NCBI GenBank assembly: GCA_005797785.1
Contig: SYKL01000097.1
Span: 1-48,364 of the forward strand
Length of the DNA stretch: 48,364 nucleotides
Direction of reading: 5' to 3'
Source of the DNA: Pseudomonadota bacterium
GTDB taxonomy: Bacteria > Myxococcota_A > UBA796 > GCA-2862545
The notes beneath the pieces are model-generated. The model did no database searches, was not told where the DNA came from, and worked only from the letters and a program-made list of their open reading frames with translations. The stretch's first letter is position 1. Each line of letters starts with the position of its first letter. Both the position numbers and the translations under genes were made by a program. Shown here piece by piece: positions 42,599 through 48,364 of this stretch.

Positions 42599-42976
42599 AT
42601 GCGTCGCTGGTGGGCCTTTGGGCTGCTCGGACTTATGGGTTGCAGTCTGTCACAAGAGAAGTTCATCGCGAAGTATGCCGAGGCCGAATGCGCCCTCGCC
42701 TTCGAGTGCTATGACGCGCAGCTGTTGGAATATTACGGTTGGCAAGCCGAAGAAGAGTGCGTCACTGAGCGCGGCGGCGAATTGACGGGATATGCCGTCG
42801 AGTGCCCGACGTACGATCCCGCCATCGCTAAAGCGTGTTTGGCCGCGATGAAAGACGTCGGGTGCCCCGCCGCGGGCTCGGACATCGATATCCCCGCCGG
42901 GTGTGAGGATGTATTCACGGGGTGCAACGCCGAGGATACGGACGTTCAGGACACCAGCACCGATACCGACCTGTAA
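42599..42976 (+). CDS. Cys-rich lipoprotein
   Basis: ATG 42599 has GGAGGGG upstream. Lipobox LLGLMGC. Multiple paired Cys residues. Confidence 0.6.
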   Translation: MRRWWAFGLLGLMGCSLSQEKFIAKYAEAECALAFECYDAQLLEYYGWQAEEECVTERGGELTGYAVECPTYDPAIAKACLAAMKDVGCPAAGSDIDIPAGCEDVFTGCNAEDTDVQDTSTDTDL

Positions 42977-42988
42977 GCGGGAGCTCGA

Positions 42989-44821
42989 ATGACGCGCTGG
43001 ATGTGTGGAGTAGTGGCGTTGGTCGGGATGTTTCCGATGGCCGCTTCGGCGGCTTCCGTGAAGGCCTCCAGCGAATTCAAGGATGCGGCGGGCCAGAAAC
43101 ACACCGCCGACAAGGCATTTGATGGCCAGCTTTCGACGGGCTGGGCGGAGTCGCAGCTCGACGCCGGCGAGGGCTCCTGGCTGGAAGTGAAGCTCGATCG
43201 CGCCATGCCGATCACTTCCGTGTCGTTTTGGCCGGGGCACTTGGAAGATGGTTCGCGCACGCTGAAGGAAAGTGGGCGTCCAAAGCTGGTGACCATTACG
43301 CTGACCACGGCGACGGGTCCGGTCAGTGCGCAGGTTCGCGTGGTCGAAGGCGAGGAACCCCTGCCACAGCGGGTGGATGTCCCCATTGTCGGCGATGCTA
43401 CGGTCGTCCGCGTGACCATAGACGAGGCGTTTGAGGGTCCGGTGTTCAACAACACCTGGATCGCGGAAGTGGCTCTGAATTTTACCGGCGGCGAAGTTCC
43501 CGATGCGGTGGAAAAGGCTGTCAAATGGCAGGGCACCGCTGCCGCGGAAGCCGCCGCCGAAAAGAACAAAAAGCAGATTGTGACTTGGTTTGAGGCAATT
43601 GGAGCCTCAGAGTTCGGCGACAGCGACCTCCTGAAAAAGATCATGTGGCAAGCCGCGGAGGGAGCTCCGTTTATGCGGGATCGCTCGCGATCGGTGCCGT
43701 ACGGTTTTCGGGTTCATGCGGTTCCGCCGGACGATGTGGCCGTCGATGCCTTGCTGAAGCTGAAAGATCCCAATGCGATACCGGCTTTGGAGATGGCGTC
43801 CCTGCGCACCACGGGCAAAGAATCCAAGGAGCTCGCGGATCGCGTCGAGTATTTCTACGCCTACCAAGAGCTGATCGGCGGCGGCAACCGAAATGTCCCC
43901 AATTGGGCGGAACCCGGCTGGTGGCCGGGGGCACTGCGTGGGTTTGGGGAGCCGCTCGCGATCTCCATCGATCCATTCGGTGATCTCTATGTGGCGGATG
44001 TGGCGAATCACCGCGTGCAACGCTTTGATCCGAAAGGAAAGATGACCAAGGCCTGGGGCGGCGAGCTCGGGATCACCAACGTCTGGTTCGACGATGGGCG
44101 GAAATACTACGTTTCTGGCGCACTTCCGGGCAAAAAGAAAGGCCTGTTTACGCATCCGCTCGATGTGGCGGTGATCCCCGGAAAGACCGCTTCCGGCTTC
44201 GTTGCGGTGGATTCCCTCGGTCGCGTGCAAGTCGTCGGCGAAGACGGCGCCGTGGCCACCCAGTGGGAGATCGAGCTCGATGGCGAGCTTCAGGCGGGCG
44301 TGGGCGGCGAAGGCTACATCGAGGTGATCGCGGGCAAGGTGCTCGTTGTCCTCGGAAATGAAGCTTATGTCTACTCCTTGAAGGGCGAGGAGAAAGCGCA
44401 TTGGCGTGTGGAGGACGGCTCACCCAAAGGGTCTGTTCCGTTGCCTGGCGGAAAGGTAGGCTTCCTCTTTGGCGATCAGCTGGTGATGTACAGCCTGGAC
44501 GGCTTTCGGCATGGTTCGCTGCTGAGCGAGGACGCGCGGGGAGACGGCTTCGAAAGCTGGGATATGTCCGCCGACGAAAAGGGCAAGCTGTGGGCGATCA
44601 CCGACACCGGCATGGCGGTGAAGTACAAAAAGCCCGGCAAGGTCGACTATTCGGTGAAGTTCAGCGATAAACCGTTGTTTGTCCCGCGGTTCGCCGTGTT
44701 CGATGACGTGCTGTTCATCTCCGAGGGCGACCACCTGCGTCGGGTGGACGCGCTGGAACTCAAGCGGAAAGCGGATTTGGCCGCCGGGGTCAGCGAAAAG
44801 AAGACCAAGGGTCGCAAATGA
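42989..44821 (+). CDS. secreted protein with an N-terminal discoidin/F5-8C-like domain and NHL-repeat beta-propeller
   Basis: Signal peptide MCGVVALVGMFPMAASAASV. ADKAFDGQLSTGWAES is discoidin-like. GDLYVADVANHRVQRFDPKGK is an NHL repeat. Confidence 0.7.
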   Translation: MTRWMCGVVALVGMFPMAASAASVKASSEFKDAAGQKHTADKAFDGQLSTGWAESQLDAGEGSWLEVKLDRAMPITSVSFWPGHLEDGSRTLKESGRPKLVTITLTTATGPVSAQVRVVEGEEPLPQRVDVPIVGDATVVRVTIDEAFEGPVFNNTWIAEVALNFTGGEVPDAVEKAVKWQGTAAAEAAAEKNKKQIVTWFEAIGASEFGDSDLLKKIMWQAAEGAPFMRDRSRSVPYGFRVHAVPPDDVAVDALLKLKDPNAIPALEMASLRTTGKESKELADRVEYFYAYQELIGGGNRNVPNWAEPGWWPGALRGFGEPLAISIDPFGDLYVADVANHRVQRFDPKGKMTKAWGGELGITNVWFDDGRKYYVSGALPGKKKGLFTHPLDVAVIPGKTASGFVAVDSLGRVQVVGEDGAVATQWEIELDGELQAGVGGEGYIEVIAGKVLVVLGNEAYVYSLKGEEKAHWRVEDGSPKGSVPLPGGKVGFLFGDQLVMYSLDGFRHGSLLSEDARGDGFESWDMSADEKGKLWAITDTGMAVKYKKPGKVDYSVKFSDKPLFVPRFAVFDDVLFISEGDHLRRVDALELKRKADLAAGVSEKKTKGRK

Positions 44822-46071
44822 TGCTGTGGTGGTTGTGGGCGTGCACCGGGTCAGATCCGGTGGTGGATTCGGGAAAACCTGCGGACACGGCGGTGGTGGA
44901 TGCGCCCCCTGCTGCGGAACCCAAGGTGCTCGAATCGGTGAAATGGAACCTTCCCACTCACGAACTCAAGAGTCCCGCCGCTATCGCCGAAGGTGGCACG
45001 GTCAAGGACGGGCGCGAAACCCTGGAAAAAGTCGTTCGGACCTACGGTCTGGACGCAGGGAATCCCTGGGCGGTCAAGCATGCGTTGATCGCGTTGGGGC
45101 CGGACGCCAAGCTGCCCGACGGACGATCGGCGGTGGATGCCCTGTTTCAGGACTATGCGGAAGAGGTGGAGCTTCAAGGGCAGACGCTCATCGCCTTTCC
45201 GAAATTGAAGGAAGTTCCAGGTTCGGAGAGCATTCGCATCGAGCCGCACACCGACCTGTTGCTGAAGGGTCTCGCGGAAGCTGGAGTGAAGCCGGATCAT
45301 GCGGTGAGCGTCCAGGGCCACCCGCATGTGGTGGGGGATTTGTATCGCGAAAGCCTGTTTCACGTCTGGGTTTCGAAGGATCAGGTCTGGACTACCTCCT
45401 GGAACGACGTTCCATGGACCCTGTACGGATTGGCGGCTTGGGCCCCCGACGATCTGGCGTGGGTAGCCGAGGGCGGGCACCCGATGACCATGGATGCGCT
45501 GACTTCGGCGACCGTCGCCCAATTGCACTCGGAAACCCAGTTTTTGCGCGACGCGATGGCAAAGGGCGAAAAGGTCGAAAAGCAGAAGCAAGGGATTTTC
45601 GCGTATACCTGCGGAGGAGCGCACCTTTTGCAGGGGGCTGCGTTTGCGGTGGCGCGCGGTTTTGGTACTCCTGAGGATCGGGCGTCGATTGAAGCGGAGG
45701 TTCCAAGTCTTTTCTATCGGTTCGATCTCGAACTTGCGCAGGTCGATGAGGCCCTGACCAAACACCCCGAATATCGGGTCGTTTTGCTGGTTCAACGCAT
45801 GAAGTTCCTTGGTCACTTTCTGGAAACCGGCCACGAATTGGCGGCGTTGGGTTTCTATACTGCCACGCCAGAACAGGCGGAGATCCTAGAACGAGCTGCT
45901 GGCGAGCTGCTGATCAGCGTGGTCCTGTTGCGCGAGTTGGGGGCGTTCGAAGAGCTGCCGCAACTGAAAAACACCGAAAAACACCAGCAATACTTGGATC
46001 TCGTCGGGGATGCCGCTCATGCGTTGCATGGGTTGAACTTGGCGTTTGGGCGGGATTCGGTTCGGTATTGA
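44818..46071 (+). CDS. putative lipoprotein, unknown function
   Basis: The ATG overlaps the upstream stop (ATGA). The N-terminus MMLWWLWAC is lipobox-like. Confidence 0.6.
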   Translation: MMLWWLWACTGSDPVVDSGKPADTAVVDAPPAAEPKVLESVKWNLPTHELKSPAAIAEGGTVKDGRETLEKVVRTYGLDAGNPWAVKHALIALGPDAKLPDGRSAVDALFQDYAEEVELQGQTLIAFPKLKEVPGSESIRIEPHTDLLLKGLAEAGVKPDHAVSVQGHPHVVGDLYRESLFHVWVSKDQVWTTSWNDVPWTLYGLAAWAPDDLAWVAEGGHPMTMDALTSATVAQLHSETQFLRDAMAKGEKVEKQKQGIFAYTCGGAHLLQGAAFAVARGFGTPEDRASIEAEVPSLFYRFDLELAQVDEALTKHPEYRVVLLVQRMKFLGHFLETGHELAALGFYTATPEQAEILERAAGELLISVVLLRELGAFEELPQLKNTEKHQQYLDLVGDAAHALHGLNLAFGRDSVRY

Positions 46072-46125
46072 TCGTCAAGGGGGTTGACGAGTTGCGGTGG
46101 GAGTGCGGCAAGCGCAACCGTTTCG

Positions 46126-46187
46126 GGGGACCTGATCATCAGGAGTACTGGGCCTCGGCGCTCAGAAAAGGGGACCTGATCATCAGG
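46126..46187. repeat. two identical 18-nt repeats GGGGACCTGATCATCAGG, each containing the 13-bp palindrome CCTGATCATCAGG, 44 bp apart
   Basis: Copies at 46126-46143 and 46170-46187, in the gap between convergent genes. Confidence 0.7.
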
Positions 46188-46218
46188 CGCCCGGGGACCG
46201 GGTCCTCCGAACGCCCCC

Positions 46219-46698
46219 CTAAAAATAATACCGAAAACCCGCCGAAACCCTGGGCTCTACGGTATCCCATACCGTCACCGGGTAGATCCCTATCCCGTGC
46301 TGAACGAAAACTTCTCCATTGAAGCTGGAAAACTGCAGCGCTGCGCCAAAACCCGCCTCGGGTCCAACTTGCCAGTCCGGGCTCCGGTCGTCCATTTCAA
46401 AGCCGAGATCCAGACCGACATGCCAAATGAAGGGAAGGTCCGCCCAATCAAACCATTGGCCCCGGTAGGCGACCCCTTCAAACCGAACCGCGGTTTCAAA
46501 ATAGTCGAAGAAGTTTGCGCCGGCCCGCATCGAAAGGCCATATTGGTCGTTAAACCAGACTTTCATGGAGAGGTTGGCGATCATCGGATAGCCGGTCTCG
46601 GCGCCGATACCGAATTTGCTGCTGGATCCGATGTCCGTCGCATAGGCGGTGTTTGCCGCGCCAAGGAAAAGAGTCGAAAGAAGTAGGAACCGGCGCAT
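46219..46698 (-). CDS. small outer-membrane beta-barrel protein
   Basis: ATG 46698 has GGAGG upstream. Signal peptide MRRFLLLSTLFLGAANTAYA. Alternating beta-strand pattern with a C-terminal aromatic FRYYF. The longer ORF to 47250 is a shadow of the neighbouring gene. Confidence 0.7.
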   Translation of the reverse strand: MRRFLLLSTLFLGAANTAYATDIGSSSKFGIGAETGYPMIANLSMKVWFNDQYGLSMRAGANFFDYFETAVRFEGVAYRGQWFDWADLPFIWHVGLDLGFEMDDRSPDWQVGPEAGFGAALQFSSFNGEVFVQHGIGIYPVTVWDTVEPRVSAGFRYYF

Positions 46699-46756
46699 TA
46701 AACCTCCGCGGATAGTAAACGAATTTACTATCCGGCCACCTAACCGGCGACGAGCC

Positions 46757-48028
46757 TCAACGCCGCCGGCGCCGCCCGACCAGCGCTGCAAGCAGGCCGA
46801 TCGCCATTCCGCCGCCGGGCCCACCCGTCGTGCAGCCGCAAGATCCACCAGAACCGCCGCCCGCGGTGTCGTCCGAACCTTCAGAGTCGACGGGTTCGTC
46901 CGTATCCGGTGGGTTTTCGCTGTCCACCACCGCGTCCGTGTCGGCGGGAACATCCGTGTCCGCTGGGATGTCTGTGTCGACGGGAACATCCGTCTCGGGC
47001 GCATCCGTGTCGACCGGCAGATCGGTATCCGCCGAAACGTCGGTATCCTCGGGGACATCTGTGTCGACCGGAACGTCGGTATCGACCGGAACATCCGTGT
47101 CCTCGACCTCGACCTCGCAGTCCGCGGAACAGCCGTCGCCATCGTCGTTGTCGCCGTCGTCGCAGTCCTCGAAGCCCGCAAAGACGTAGCCGTCACCGCA
47201 GTAAGCGACCTGGCACTCGATGCAGCCGTCCGAGTCGTCGACGTCCGCATCGTCGCACCCTTCCACGCCGGTTTCCACGAAAGCGTCGCCGCAGCTGGCG
47301 TCCACGCAGGTGTTCAAGCAGCTGTCGTTGTTGCTGGAGTTGCCGTCGTCGCAGTCTTCGCCGGCATCGGTCGCGCCGTTGCCGCAGTAGGCCTCGCCAA
47401 TCGTCACCTGGTCAATTCCGATATAATCGCCGTTACTGCCCAACGATCCTGCGCTGGTGACGTAGTACCGAAACGCGATACGGCCTTGGGTTGGACCCGG
47501 CAGACCGGCGACGGTGAAGGTCTCCAACGTCCACGATGCAGGATACCCATTGGTCGTGAGGTTTGGGTTAATGGTGCCGAGCACCGAGGTGAAGTCGCCG
47601 ACCGCTGCGGCGCCGGATCCCGCGTTCACGCTCGCACCGTTCGTGCTCATTCTCACCTCGAGCCGATCGGGATACGCGGGGGACGAGACGGTACGCGTGT
47701 AAAAGCTGATTTGCAGCCCGTTTCCTAGGGTGATCTCCGGCGTAATCAGCCAGTTGCTGATCGTTCCCGAAGAGCCCGTGGAATTGTAGTTGACGCCGAT
47801 GTAGGCGTCGGCGGCGCCGTTATAGGCGTCGAATGGCCCAGATGCTGCGATGGTGGTGCCTTGAAACCACGAGAGGGAGCCGACGGGCGAACTCTGGTTG
47901 CTGGTCACCCAGCCATCGTTCGCCAGTGTGTCAATGTCGTCGAAGGTTTCGGTGACCTGCTGGGCGTGTGCGCTGAGCGGAAACAGCGCTGCAACGAGGC
48001 CTGCGACGATCGGAAGCCGAGGGAACAT
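46757..48028 (-). CDS. secreted protein with Cys-rich (myxococcal-type) repeats, a D-T-D-V-P-V tandem repeat linker and a MYXO-CTERM-like sorting tail
   Basis: Signal peptide MFPRLPIVAGLVAALFPLSAHA. DCDDGNSSNNDSCLNTC / CDDGDNDDGDGCSADC repeats. Tail GGSCGCTTGG...IGLLAALVGRRRRR. Confidence 0.8.
   Translation of the reverse strand: MFPRLPIVAGLVAALFPLSAHAQQVTETFDDIDTLANDGWVTSNQSSPVGSLSWFQGTTIAASGPFDAYNGAADAYIGVNYNSTGSSGTISNWLITPEITLGNGLQISFYTRTVSSPAYPDRLEVRMSTNGASVNAGSGAAAVGDFTSVLGTINPNLTTNGYPASWTLETFTVAGLPGPTQGRIAFRYYVTSAGSLGSNGDYIGIDQVTIGEAYCGNGATDAGEDCDDGNSSNNDSCLNTCVDASCGDAFVETGVEGCDDADVDDSDGCIECQVAYCGDGYVFAGFEDCDDGDNDDGDGCSADCEVEVEDTDVPVDTDVPVDTDVPEDTDVSADTDLPVDTDAPETDVPVDTDIPADTDVPADTDAVVDSENPPDTDEPVDSEGSDDTAGGGSGGSCGCTTGGPGGGMAIGLLAALVGRRRRR
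46871..47101 (-). repeat. in-frame 18-nt tandem repeat encoding about 12 DTDVPV-like units
   Basis: DTDVPV DTDVPV DTDVPE DTDVSA DTDLPV DTDAPE (D)TDVPV DTDIPA DTDVPA DTDAVV ... all within the 46757-48028 CDS. Confidence 0.8.
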
Positions 48029-48080
48029 GAAAACTCCACATTTGCTCTAGGTTACTTGACGCTCACACTAAAACTCAAGA

Positions 48081-48107
48081 GGGCGGCGCCAAAGGGAAGC
48101 GCCGCCC
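48081..48107 (-). terminator. GC-rich hairpin downstream of rnpB (probable terminator)
   Basis: GGGCGGCGC-N9-GCGCCGCCC. On the minus strand it is followed by TCTTGAGTTTTAG. Confidence 0.5.
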
Positions 48108-48111
48108 TTTC

Positions 48112-48364
48112 AGGCGGCGGTGCGAGTGGCCGATAAGCCGAGTTCTGTTCCCATCGAAAATCGCTTTTCGGTGGGTGGAGACCATTCCTCTACGACCACC
48201 GTTACCGATGGCCTCTAGCAACCAACCCGGGAGCTCGGCGAGCCGCCTGCGAACGCCCCCTGTTTGGTCTTGCTCCGGATGGGGTTTACCTGGCCGCCCC
48301 CGTTACCGGGGACGCCGGTGCGCTCTTCCCGCACCCTTTCGCCCTTACCGAGGCCGAAACCCCC
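48112..48364 (-). ncRNA. rnpB: RNase P RNA (bacterial type A), 3' ~250 nt; the 5' part lies beyond the window
   Basis: The reverse complement contains ACAGAACTCGGCTTATCGGCC (P4 3' strand/3' end), GGTAAGGGCGAAAGGGTGCGGGAAGAGCGCACC, GCAAGACCAAACAGGGGGCG and CCCGGGTTGGTTGCTAGAGGCC. All match conserved rnpB blocks. The exact 3' end is approximate. Confidence 0.85.

Noticed and set aside
46871-47101. Regular 18-nt repeats considered as a possible CRISPR-like array
   Set aside because: The repeats are contiguous without spacers, in frame, and encode DTDVPV units inside a CDS. No cas genes are present.

Overview
GC-rich bacterial window, probably from a Myxococcota-like genome: the 46757-48028 protein has Cys-rich repeats and a MYXO-CTERM-type tail. 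Bases 1-33231 look like the right-hand part of a large genomic island inserted at the 3' end of tRNA-Arg(CCT) (33232-33304, minus). A tyrosine integrase and an HTH/excisionase-like ORF sit next to the tRNA. The left island end is not in the window.

The island is packed with nucleic-acid-conflict genes:
1. A translationally coupled three-gene operon (15002 to 4562, minus). It encodes a 1109-aa protein of unknown function, a 2027-aa DEAD/DEAH helicase with a DUF1998-type Zn domain (DruE-like, i.e. Druantia type III-like), and a 344-aa wHTH + PD-(D/E)xK nuclease-like protein.
2. A GmrSD-type DUF262/DUF1524 nuclease, a Rad50/SMC-like ABC ATPase with a CPVC hook, and a 119-aa helical protein (28337 to 23127).
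3. A TerB-like/BRCT protein followed by a RecB-nuclease + SF1 helicase fusion.
4. A PafB/PafC-like tandem WYL regulator pair.
5. A Hanks-type pseudokinase and a PARG-like macrodomain protein.
6. A plus-strand cluster (1-4498) with membrane proteins and a degenerate methylase/TRD-like protein.

An exact 11-mer, TGTCACACCCC, occurs five times. Every copy lies in the 5' region of an island operon, which suggests an island-wide regulon.

Right of the tRNA the genes look like core genome: lipoproteins, an FGE-like protein, GNAT, DUF1292, a flavoprotein/4Fe-4S membrane fusion, an alpha/beta hydrolase, tdk, an NHL-repeat protein and an OMP. The 3' ~250 nt of RNase P RNA lies at the window edge. No CRISPR array, rRNA or transposase was seen.

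All family assignments come from motif reading by eye. No searches were run.
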